Source of the DNA: an uncultured bacterium
GTDB taxonomy: Bacteria; Patescibacteriota; JAHJAL01
Assembly: GCA_938004065.1 (NCBI GenBank)
Contig: CALKWM010000013.1
Location: 75,914 to 139,913 of the forward strand
Reading direction: 5' to 3'
DNA: 64,000 nt
In this document: one piece after another, positions 9,473 through 17,854 of the stretch
Position numbering within the stretch: position 1 is the stretch's first letter
Layout: each line of letters opens with the position of its first letter
The notes under the pieces: model-generated
Databases searched by the model: none
What the model was told of the DNA's origin: nothing
The model's input: only the letters and a program-made list of their open reading frames with translations
Made by a program: the position numbers and the translations under genes

Positions 9473-9656
9473 AGAGACTGTTTAATAACTCACCGTATTT
9501 TTATGATATTTATACTTGTCGGTCAAAATTCCCTAATTTTTGCTACAAATTACGAAAAATTTAACGTCATATCTTGATATGACTTATAAATTTTTCATAA
9601 TTTTCGCTTAAAAATTATGGAATTTATGCCTCGACATGAGTTATTAAACAGTCTCT
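9473..9656. repeat. Noncoding element bounded by 20-bp perfect inverted repeats (agagactgtttaataactca) with a roughly 144-bp AT-rich spacer
   Basis: Left arm at 9473-9492 and right arm at 9637-9656 are exact reverse complements. The spacer contains an internal perfect palindrome gtcatatcttgatatgac. Confidence 0.5.
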
Positions 9657-9928
9657 TAAAAAATGTGATTACTGTGCATCTTTTTTGGGAACTCTGGAAG
9701 ACTTCGTATAACTTTTTTTGATAAAAATATTTTTGCTCGCGCCATTTTTTATTTGTAGTGTTTTGAATTGGATTTTCAAAAATTCCTCTTTACAAACAAA
9801 TTTGTTGATGTACAATAGGTTTGTAAGTTTTTTTCGTGTTATATATTCGAGCTAACAATTATGTAGGGTAGATATTTAACAGAAGGTCGAGCTTACGGCT
9901 TTATTTTTTTGTTTTAAAAAATCACACA

Positions 9929-10180
9929 ATGGAAACCAAAGTATTCGTCGGATCTTTGCCTTGGGCAATTGATTCAGACAAATTGCGTGAAATCTTCTCC
10001 GAAGCCGGAGAGGTTACTGAAGCTTCTGTAGTAACTGATCGGGAAACCGGTCGTTCCAGAGGTTTCGGATTTGTAGAATTTACAACTCCGGAAGCAGCAC
10101 AAAACGCAATTAAACTTTTCAACGAAAAAGAAATCGAAGGAAGACAAATTTTCGTAAATATTGCTCGTCCAAAAGAGTAA
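9929..10180 (+). CDS. RRM-type RNA-binding protein
   Basis: RNP-2-like KVFVGSL and RNP-1 RGFGFVEF. 83 aa, a single RRM. Confidence 0.8.
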   Translation: METKVFVGSLPWAIDSDKLREIFSEAGEVTEASVVTDRETGRSRGFGFVEFTTPEAAQNAIKLFNEKEIEGRQIFVNIARPKE

Positions 10181-10339
10181 TCATTTAAGTTTGAAATTAG
10201 TAAAGAAAATCTCTCGTTAGTAAATAACGGGGGATTTTCTTAATAGCAAAAATGAATATTGTTTGATAGTTCAAAAATAATTGATAAAAGATATAATAGA
10301 TGTTGTTAATGAAAAAAATAAATATTTGTAAGTATTTGG

Positions 10340-11020
10340 TTGGGAAAAAGTATGATTTATTTTGATCAAGATTTTATCAATTTTTTCAAAGAGTTAGAAA
10401 ATAACAATTCAAAAATTTGGTTTGATAAAAATAGAAAGAGATATTTTGTCGCTGTGAAAGAGCCAATGGAAAGATTTGTGAATGATTTGATTGAGGCATA
10501 TCGTGTATTTGATACAAAAATTGATATTACTTACAAGCAAGCAATATTCAGGATTAATCGAGATGTGAGGTTTAGTAAAGATAAGAAACCGTATAAGGTT
10601 CATGTGGGGGCAGTGATTTGTAGTGGGGGAAAGAAAAATATGATTGATCCGTGCATGTATGTTGAAATCGATTCTCAGGAAGTCAGGTTATTTAGCGGTT
10701 TGTATATGATTGATAAAGATAGGTTGCAGAAATTGAGAGAATTCATTGCAGCAAATTTGAAAAAATTTAAACGATTACTCGAAGATAAAAATTTTAAGAA
10801 GAAATTTGGTAAGATTTTAGGAGAAAAAAACAAAAGATTGCCAAAAGAACTGCAAGCAGCTGCAGAAAAACAGCCATTGATTTATAATAAAAATTATTAT
10901 TATTTTGTATCATATCCAGTAGATTTTATCTTGAAGAATGGATTGATTGAAAAATTGATTGAAGATTATGAAGTGGCGATAAAGATGAATGAATTTATAA
11001 AGCAAGGAATAGGGAGATAA
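10340..11020 (+). CDS. DUF2461/TIGR02453-family protein
   Basis: The N-terminus FFKELENNNSKIWFDKNRKRYFVAVKEPMERFVNDL matches the conserved DUF2461 start. Confidence 0.5.
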   Translation: MGKSMIYFDQDFINFFKELENNNSKIWFDKNRKRYFVAVKEPMERFVNDLIEAYRVFDTKIDITYKQAIFRINRDVRFSKDKKPYKVHVGAVICSGGKKNMIDPCMYVEIDSQEVRLFSGLYMIDKDRLQKLREFIAANLKKFKRLLEDKNFKKKFGKILGEKNKRLPKELQAAAEKQPLIYNKNYYYFVSYPVDFILKNGLIEKLIEDYEVAIKMNEFIKQGIGR

Positions 11021-11023
11021 TGT

Positions 11024-12325
11024 ATGAAGAAGCGAAGATGGCAGGGACAGATGACGGCTGAATTGTTGAAAAATTATTCAAAAAGAGAGCCGATGTGTCG
11101 GCATTTTTTGACGTGTGGCGGATGTAGTTTTCAGGATTTTGAATACAAGGATCAATTAGAAGTGAAAGCGAAAAAAGTGGGAGAGTTGTTTGATGGGTGT
11201 GGAATCTGTCACACTGAAATCCTGCATTGGCGGGATTCTGCTCCTTCTATTTTTGGAGGAGAATTTAAAGAATGGGGGTATCGGACGAGAATGGATTTAG
11301 TGGTAGGTAAAGCGGGAATTGGTTTGCGAAAAAAAAGACGATTTGATGAAATTGAATTTTTACAGGAGTGTTGGTTGATTGATAATAATGTTTTGCAGTT
11401 TTTAAAAGAAGTCTATCAAAAGGGAATTGAAGTAGGATTGATCCCGTATGATTTGGTGACACATGAGGGAGAATGGCGATACTTGAGTGTACGGATCAAT
11501 GAGAAAAATGAGTTGATGTTAATATTTGTAACGAAGAGGGGGGTGGAAAACAAAATCTCAAAACTCAAAACTCAAATCTCAAAATCACAACTCACAACTC
11601 AAAACTTTTCTGTCAAATCAATTTATCATGTGGTGAATGACGGGTTGGGAGATAGTAATTTTGGGGAGATAAAGAAATACTGGGGGGAAGAGTATTTGCA
11701 GTATTCAATATGCAATATTCAATATGCAATAGGACCAAATACGTTTTTTCAAAACAATATTCCTTTGGTAAATAAACTGGTGGATAAAATAGTGGATAAT
11801 GTGGACGAAGACGATAGAGTGTTAGATTTGTATTGTGGAGTGGGGACTTTGTCGTTACCGGTGGCTAAGAAATGCCGGGAAGTTTTGGGAGTGGAGTTGA
11901 TGGAAGAGAGTATTGGGTTGGCGAGGAAGAACGCTGTTAATAACAATATTGATAATGTGGAGTTTGAGGCGAAAAGTGTTGAAGATATATTTGATGGAAA
12001 CTCAAAATTTAAAGCTCAAAACTCAAAACCACAACTAAAAACTCAAAAACCGAATCTCAATGAATACAATGTATTGATGTTGGATCCGCCGAGGAAGGGA
12101 TTGGAGAAGGTGGCGGGAAAGTTGTTGGAATATGATTTTGATAAAATAGTATATATGTCGTGCAATCCGCTGTCGTTAGTGAAAGATTTGCAGGTTTTGG
12201 TGAGAAAATGGCAGATTGAAGAGGTGTCTTTGTGGGATTTGTATCCGCAGACACCGCATGTGGAAGTTTTGGTGTTGCTAAGAAACAAGAAACAAGAAAC
12301 AAGAAACAAGAAGCAAGTATTATGA
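11024..12325 (+). CDS. 23S rRNA (uracil-5)-methyltransferase, RlmD/RumA family, with in-frame low-complexity insertions
   Basis: Fe-S motif CRHFLTCGGCSFQDF. SAM-binding motif VLDLYCGVGTLSLP. DPPRKG motif. Inserts ISKLKTQISKSQLTTQN and NSKFKAQNSKPQLKTQKPN. The gene ends in an (aaacaag)n tandem repeat. Confidence 0.8.
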   Translation: MKKRRWQGQMTAELLKNYSKREPMCRHFLTCGGCSFQDFEYKDQLEVKAKKVGELFDGCGICHTEILHWRDSAPSIFGGEFKEWGYRTRMDLVVGKAGIGLRKKRRFDEIEFLQECWLIDNNVLQFLKEVYQKGIEVGLIPYDLVTHEGEWRYLSVRINEKNELMLIFVTKRGVENKISKLKTQISKSQLTTQNFSVKSIYHVVNDGLGDSNFGEIKKYWGEEYLQYSICNIQYAIGPNTFFQNNIPLVNKLVDKIVDNVDEDDRVLDLYCGVGTLSLPVAKKCREVLGVELMEESIGLARKNAVNNNIDNVEFEAKSVEDIFDGNSKFKAQNSKPQLKTQKPNLNEYNVLMLDPPRKGLEKVAGKLLEYDFDKIVYMSCNPLSLVKDLQVLVRKWQIEEVSLWDLYPQTPHVEVLVLLRNKKQETRNKKQVL

Positions 12326-12416
12326 ATTGTGAATGGTTGATCTCAAATAGTTTATAATTTTAAAAACTAATTTTTAGGAAAGAGGAAAATACTTTTTATA
12401 TTTAATATTTTTATTT

Positions 12417-13202
12417 ATGCGGGGAAATTCGGACAGATTTTATATCAAAGAGGGGTTGGGGTCGGATTTGTTGTGTATCAAAGACAAGGAATTGATCAGG
12501 CAGTGGCGGAAGGTGATGCGTTTGGGTGAGGGAGATGTGGTGCGGTTGTTTGATGGAAGCGGGTATGAATATCAATATTCAATATGCAATACGCAATATG
12601 CAAATAAAGCGCAATTGAAATTGATTGATAAACAATATTTTGAGGAAAAAGAAAATAAAGTTTTTTTGGGGTTTGGGGTTTTGCATGATCAGGCACGTAT
12701 GGAATGGATGTTGGAAAAGTGTACGGAGTTGGGAGTGGATAGGTTTATTCCTTTAGTTTGTGACAATTCGCAGCTTTATATGAGAAACTCAAAGCTCAAA
12801 ATTCAAAGTTCAAAACCACAACTCAAAACCAGTAAGCTTAAAAAACAGGAGAGGTTGGAGAAAAAGATTGTTGAGGCGTGTGAACAGTGTGGGAGAGTGA
12901 GAGTGCCGGGGATAGAAACAATTTGGTCCATAAATGATATTGATGATGTTGTAGGGGCGGACCCAAGTGTCCGCCCGAGGGTGATAGTATTGGATAAATT
13001 AAAAATTAGAAATGAAAAATTAAAAATTGATATATATAAAAATATTTTGTTATTGGTAGGACCGGAGGGAGGATGGAGTGAGAGGGAATTAAAATATTTT
13101 GCAGAAAATAATTTAGAATTTATGTCGGTGGGTGAAAATGTTTTGCGGGCGGAGACGGCAGCGGTGGCGGGAGTGGTAAGACAAGAAATAAGAAATAAGT
13201 AA
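12417..13202 (+). CDS. rsmE: 16S rRNA (uracil1498-N3)-methyltransferase RsmE with in-frame insertions
   Basis: N-terminal PUA-like region and the C-terminal LVGPEGGWSERE motif. Carries in-frame the same two insert families as the preceding gene, plus a GC-palindrome insert. Confidence 0.75.
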   Translation: MRGNSDRFYIKEGLGSDLLCIKDKELIRQWRKVMRLGEGDVVRLFDGSGYEYQYSICNTQYANKAQLKLIDKQYFEEKENKVFLGFGVLHDQARMEWMLEKCTELGVDRFIPLVCDNSQLYMRNSKLKIQSSKPQLKTSKLKKQERLEKKIVEACEQCGRVRVPGIETIWSINDIDDVVGADPSVRPRVIVLDKLKIRNEKLKIDIYKNILLLVGPEGGWSERELKYFAENNLEFMSVGENVLRAETAAVAGVVRQEIRNK

Positions 13203-13286
13203 TAAGAAATAAGTAATAAGCATTAAGTGTAAAGTAATAAGAAAAACCGTAATTAAAACGGTTTATTTCTTGTGAATAGAATTGAT

Positions 13287-13949
13287 TTATGGCATATACC
13301 AATCAACAGGATCAATGTTGGTGATAGTGTCTCCATCATTGACAGTAACAACTATTTTGTCATGAGAAGGGCAGGAGATATCCAAACCGCAGGGAACAAA
13401 TTCGGTATAGTATGCTTTGTAGTCGGGCGTTATAAAATAACTGAAAACATAGTATTTCCCCGGTGCAACATCGAGTTTGTAACCACGGCCGGCGGTGTAT
13501 TTGGGGTTTGAAATCAAGTCTGATGTGCAGTATTGGTTGGTGGTGTTGCCAACTTCCTCGGCGCAAACTGTTAAATCGGGAATCACCTCGGATGGATAAG
13601 ATAGACTACCTTCGATGGAGCCAACTTGGAGAATAGCTTCTTTGTCTTGGACCTCGTCTGTTGGTTTGTTGGTGGTTTTTTCTTTGGTTGTTTTGTCTTC
13701 CAAATCTTTCAGTTGTTTGTCGATTTTATCCAGCTCGGAATTGAGTTTGTCTTCCAATTGGTTGTTTAAATCCGGTTTTGGTACATTTTTAGCGATATTG
13801 AAAGCGCCATATCCGAGACCGATGACAATAATGATGGAGATTAGGATGATGATGCCACAGCATCCCAAAACCCAGTAAATCCAAGAATTGGATGATTTGG
13901 AGGCACTGCTGGGAATTGTTGATTTTTTGTCAGGGTAGGTATTGTTCAT
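13287..13949 (-). CDS. Membrane-anchored hypothetical protein (N-terminal TM helix, coiled coil, C-terminal globular domain)
   Basis: TM segment IYWVLGCCGIIILISIIIVIGLG. The coiled coil is KLNSELDKIDKQLKDLEDK. Confidence 0.5.
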   Translation of the reverse strand: MNNTYPDKKSTIPSSASKSSNSWIYWVLGCCGIIILISIIIVIGLGYGAFNIAKNVPKPDLNNQLEDKLNSELDKIDKQLKDLEDKTTKEKTTNKPTDEVQDKEAILQVGSIEGSLSYPSEVIPDLTVCAEEVGNTTNQYCTSDLISNPKYTAGRGYKLDVAPGKYYVFSYFITPDYKAYYTEFVPCGLDISCPSHDKIVVTVNDGDTITNIDPVDWYMP

Positions 13950-14207
13950 GTGAGAAAAAATTAATTAAATAAAATTATTTTGTCTGCTTGTTATCTATAT
14001 TGTATCATTGATGTGCGGTAAAGGTTTAGTTAAAGTATTGTTTGTTAATATTTTCTTAATTATTATTTAATCAGTATTTTGGTAGAATAAAAAGGTAAAT
14101 AACAAATATGCTAACTGTAGCTGTTAAACGGTTAGAATAATAATTGAAATATTGTGAATTTTGTGGCGAAAAAAGTTTCTGAAATTATTTAAGTCAAACC
14201 TATCAAG

Positions 14208-14243
14208 TATCAAACGTATCAAACGTATCAAACGTATCAAACT
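14208..14243. repeat. Tandem 9-mer array (gtatcaaac)x4 upstream of dnaG, followed by a (tattgaN) array at 14260-14290
   Basis: Read directly from the sequence. Sits immediately upstream of the dnaG start. Confidence 0.6.
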
Positions 14244-14286
14244 TTTTTATCATATTGTTTATTGAATATTGAGTATTGATTATTGA

Positions 14287-16023
14287 TTGCAAATGAGTGA
14301 GATTGAACAAATCAAAGAGCGAGTGGACCTGGTGGAATTGTCCAAGCAGTATATGACGTTACGCAATGCCGGACGTAATTTTCAAGCATTGTGTCCTTTT
14401 CATCAGGAAAAAACTCCATCACTTATGATATCGCCGGATAAACAAATCTGGCATTGTTTCGGTTGCGGAGAGGGGGGAGATATTTTTACATTGGTGCAAA
14501 AAATTGAAGGTGTGGACTTTTATGAATCACTGAAAATCCTGGCGGAAAAAGCGGGGGTGGAATTGAAAAAAAGTCCCGGTTTTCAAAAATTCAAAAATGA
14601 GACTGACAAATATTATGAAATCAACAAATTGGCGGCTGAATTTTATCATCAAGCGTTAAAAAGGAGTAAATCCGGTGAAATTGCTCGTAATTATGTACAA
14701 AAACGTGGTTTGAAAAATGATATAGTCGATAAATTTAAAATCGGTTATGCGCCTGACATGTGGGACGCTTTGGTGGTTTTTTTACAAAAGCGGGGGTATG
14801 GAAATGCGGATATTATCGGATCCGGTTTGGGTTTTACTTCCCGTAAGGGTAATTTAGTGGATAAATTTCGACAGCGGCTTTTATTTCCCATTTGGGATAA
14901 TCGAAATCGGGTGGTGGCGTTTACCGGCCGGGTTTTGGAAGAGAAAGACAATCCGAAGTATTTGAACACTGCTACTACCAAGATATTTGATAAAGGCAAG
15001 GTATTGTATGCGTTAAATTTGGCTCAGGATAAGATCAGGGAAAAAAAGCAAGTGATAATGTGTGAGGGACAAATGGATGTGATTGCTTGTTTTCAAAATG
15101 GTTTTGAACAGGCAGTTTGCAGTTCGGGGACGGCGGTTACCAAACAACAATTGATACTATTGAAAAGATTGACGGACAATATATTGATAGCTTTTGACAA
15201 TGATCCGGCCGGGCAAAAAGCCGCTTATCGATTGACGCAGATGGCTTTGGAAGTGGGGTTGGTGGTACGGGTGATTGATTTGATGAATTACAAGGATCCG
15301 GATGAAATGATGAAGGCGGATGTTGCCAAGTGGCAGGTGGCAGTATCGGGGGCTGTCAGTTTTGTGGAATATTTTTTGAAAGTATTTGATACTGAAGAAA
15401 AGGGTGTAAAGGATAAAAGTCGATTGGCGGATCAGATTATGCCTTTGTTGTATTATGTGGGAGATGAAGTGGAAAAGGGGCATTATTTGTCCAATTTGGC
15501 GGATGTTTTGGGGGTGGATGAGAAATTTGTACTGGAGAAATATAACAAATATAAACCGGACAAGATATCGGTAAAAGAAGACAATAAATATCAATCACAA
15601 TCGTTGTCGATTGAAGAGAGATTGATTGGATTGATGATTGTTTTTTATAAATATCTTAAAGTAAAGATAAATAACTTGCAGGAAAAAGATTTTTCTGGTA
15701 GAGTAGAGGAAATCGTTTCTTTTGTAAAAGGGTTTGATCAGGATGCTTTGACCCTTGAAGATTTTGCACCGATTTTGGATGAAGAGCGGAAACAATGGTT
15801 GATCAAAGTGATGGTTAGGATTGAATCGGATTATGCTCAGTTGGATGAGGATTTGATTGTTGAAGAATTTCAGATGTTGCTCAACAGATACGAAGAAGTC
15901 ATGCGGGTCAGTTTAAAAGAAGAGTTGGAGAAAAAGATTTTACAGGCGGAAAAGAGTGATGACAAGGAGAAAATTAAACAATATATCCGATCCTTGCAGG
16001 ATTTGATTATTAAAGGTAAATAA
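14287..16023 (+). CDS. dnaG: DNA primase DnaG
   Basis: CHC2 zinc finger CPFHQEKTPS...CFGCGEGGD. Toprim region EGQMDVIAC...AFDNDPAGQKAA. Sits upstream of rpoD in the conserved operon. Confidence 0.85.
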   Translation: MQMSEIEQIKERVDLVELSKQYMTLRNAGRNFQALCPFHQEKTPSLMISPDKQIWHCFGCGEGGDIFTLVQKIEGVDFYESLKILAEKAGVELKKSPGFQKFKNETDKYYEINKLAAEFYHQALKRSKSGEIARNYVQKRGLKNDIVDKFKIGYAPDMWDALVVFLQKRGYGNADIIGSGLGFTSRKGNLVDKFRQRLLFPIWDNRNRVVAFTGRVLEEKDNPKYLNTATTKIFDKGKVLYALNLAQDKIREKKQVIMCEGQMDVIACFQNGFEQAVCSSGTAVTKQQLILLKRLTDNILIAFDNDPAGQKAAYRLTQMALEVGLVVRVIDLMNYKDPDEMMKADVAKWQVAVSGAVSFVEYFLKVFDTEEKGVKDKSRLADQIMPLLYYVGDEVEKGHYLSNLADVLGVDEKFVLEKYNKYKPDKISVKEDNKYQSQSLSIEERLIGLMIVFYKYLKVKINNLQEKDFSGRVEEIVSFVKGFDQDALTLEDFAPILDEERKQWLIKVMVRIESDYAQLDEDLIVEEFQMLLNRYEEVMRVSLKEELEKKILQAEKSDDKEKIKQYIRSLQDLIIKGK

Positions 16024-16125
16024 TTTAGACATCAATCATAAACTTAAATTTCCTTGATACGGGAAGTTTGGTTTGTAAAGTTTGATGTCATATATATTTT
16101 TTTAGATATTTTTTAAGGCATTTTT

Positions 16126-17637
16126 ATGACAAAGCCAAAGCCAAAAAAGGTCAGGAGCGGGGGAAAACAAAAATCAAAGGTGAAGGTAAAAAAAGCAAAA
16201 AAAGTGGTAAAAAATGTCAAAAAAAAGAAAGTTGTCAAACAAAAGCCCAAAAGGGCGTTGCTAAATAAGACCAAAGCGAAACTTAAGTCAGTTAAAAAGA
16301 AAGTACAAGCGAAAAAGCCGGTGGTTAAGAAAAAGAAACAGGTAATAAGGAAACCTGTTAAAAAAGTGACGCAAAAAATTTCCAAGAAAATTAAACCGGT
16401 TAAAAAAATTGTTGCCAAGAAAGCAAAAGTAGTTGAAGTGGTTGAAGCACAAGGTCAAGTCAAGAAAAAAAGTTATAAAGTCAAGAAAAAAGTTGGCTTG
16501 AGTCGGGATGAAATATTGGATAAAATTTCCGAGGAAATTTACAAAGATAAAACCGATGTGGTCAAGGAATTGATCATGAAGGGCAAGGACCAAGGTTTTG
16601 TGACTCAGAGGGAGATTATGCAGACGTTACCGGATCTGGAAATGGATATTGAGATGCTGGATGATTTTTATTCTTTGCTTGGTGATTCCGGTATTGAGAT
16701 GGTGGAGAGTGAGGAGAGCTTGAAAGATGTGGTGGCGCCTACGGAAGATGAAGTCAAAGAAAGTCCGCTTAAATACGAAACTTCCGCCAAAGAGGAGGGG
16801 TTACAGGATGTGTCGCGTGATTCAGTTAGATTGTATTTGCGTGAAATCGGTCGCGTACCTCTTTTGTCCGCTTCGGAAGAAGTGGAGTTGGCAAAAAAAA
16901 TGGAAAAGGGCGACCAGTTGTCAAAACATAGATTGATTGAAGCGAATTTACGATTGGTAGTGAGTATCGCCAAACGATATGTGGGGCGCGGTTTAAGTTT
17001 GCTGGATTTGATACAGGAAGGAAATACGGGTCTTTTGCGAGCGGTAGAAAAATTTGATTATCGCAAAGGTTATAAATTTTCAACTTATGGTACTTGGTGG
17101 ATTCGTCAGGCGATAACGCGGGCGATTGCTGATCAAGCTAGAACCATCAGAATTCCGGTACATATGGTGGAGACGATAAATAAATTAACGAGAGTTCAGC
17201 GTCAGTTGGTACAAGCGTTGGGTCGTGAACCATTGCCGGAAGAAATTGCGGCGGAGATGGACCTGGAAGTGGAGAAAGTCAGATATATTTTGAAAATTTC
17301 GCAAGAGACGGTGTCTCTCGAGGCACCGGTGGGTGAAGAGGAAGATAGTTATTTGGGAGATTTTCTCGAGGACAAGGTAACTTTGTCACCAAAAGATGCC
17401 GCGACTCGTCAGTTGTTGCGTGACCAGTTGATGGAGGTTTTGGAACTTTTGTCACCTCGTGAAAAGAGGATTTTGGAAATGCGTTTCGGATTGAGTGATG
17501 GTACCAATCGGACGCTGGAAGAGGTGGGAAAAGAATTTGGCGTAACTCGTGAACGAATCCGTCAAATTGAAGCGAAAGCGTTGATGCGACTGAGGCGCAA
17601 TCGAGATAGTAGGAGGTTGATGGATTATTTGCGGTAA
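16126..17637 (+). CDS. rpoD: RNA polymerase sigma-70 factor RpoD with a roughly 100-aa Lys-rich N-terminal extension
   Basis: Region 2 [37 protein letters not shown]. Regions 3 and 4 are present. The N-terminus is a KPKPKKV...KKAKVVEV lysine-rich tail. Confidence 0.9.
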   Translation: MTKPKPKKVRSGGKQKSKVKVKKAKKVVKNVKKKKVVKQKPKRALLNKTKAKLKSVKKKVQAKKPVVKKKKQVIRKPVKKVTQKISKKIKPVKKIVAKKAKVVEVVEAQGQVKKKSYKVKKKVGLSRDEILDKISEEIYKDKTDVVKELIMKGKDQGFVTQREIMQTLPDLEMDIEMLDDFYSLLGDSGIEMVESEESLKDVVAPTEDEVKESPLKYETSAKEEGLQDVSRDSVRLYLREIGRVPLLSASEEVELAKKMEKGDQLSKHRLIEANLRLVVSIAKRYVGRGLSLLDLIQEGNTGLLRAVEKFDYRKGYKFSTYGTWWIRQAITRAIADQARTIRIPVHMVETINKLTRVQRQLVQALGREPLPEEIAAEMDLEVEKVRYILKISQETVSLEAPVGEEEDSYLGDFLEDKVTLSPKDAATRQLLRDQLMEVLELLSPREKRILEMRFGLSDGTNRTLEEVGKEFGVTRERIRQIEAKALMRLRRNRDSRRLMDYLR

Positions 17638-17782
17638 GTCTCACATTTAAAATTATTAAACTGAAGTTATTTTTTGGAAATAATTTGAAAGTTGATTAAA
17701 TTCAAGTAAAATAGTATTTGTTAGATGGTTATAGTAAGTGAAATTTTTGCCCGTCTGCAATAAAGTTGCTTGGTGGGCGTGG

Positions 17783-17854
17783 TCCGGGGTAGCTCAGCGG
17801 TAGAGCAATTGACTGTTAATCAATGGGTCGTGGGTTCGAGCCCCACCCCCGGAG
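17783..17854 (+). tRNA. tRNA-Asn (anticodon GTT)
   Basis: Acceptor TCCGGGG pairs with CCCCGGA. D-arm is gctc-agcggta-gagc. Anticodon stem-loop is attga-CTGTTAA-tcaat. T-arm is gtggg-ttcgagc-cccac. Discriminator is G. Confidence 0.85.

Noticed and set aside
13272-13949. Plus-strand ORFs 13272-13511 and 13615-13878 opposite the 13287-13949 minus-strand gene
   Set aside because: The minus-strand ORF is longer and encodes a coherent protein with a TM helix, a coiled coil and a globular domain. The plus-strand ORFs are low-complexity mirror artefacts.
16113-16418. Antisense or embedded ORFs overlapping well-supported genes, for example 16113-16418(-), 263-469(-), 34164-34478(-), 41904-42344(-), 62477-63010(-)
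   Set aside because: They lie opposite or inside genes with strong motif support. They have low-complexity or biased composition that mirrors the sense strand, and show no start context or conservation signal.
17816-17854. Overlap of the serine-recombinase 3' end with tRNA-Asn as an annotation error
   Set aside because: Overlap of an integrase-type gene with the 3' end of the target tRNA is the expected geometry at an attachment site. The recombinase ORF is otherwise intact with all its domains.
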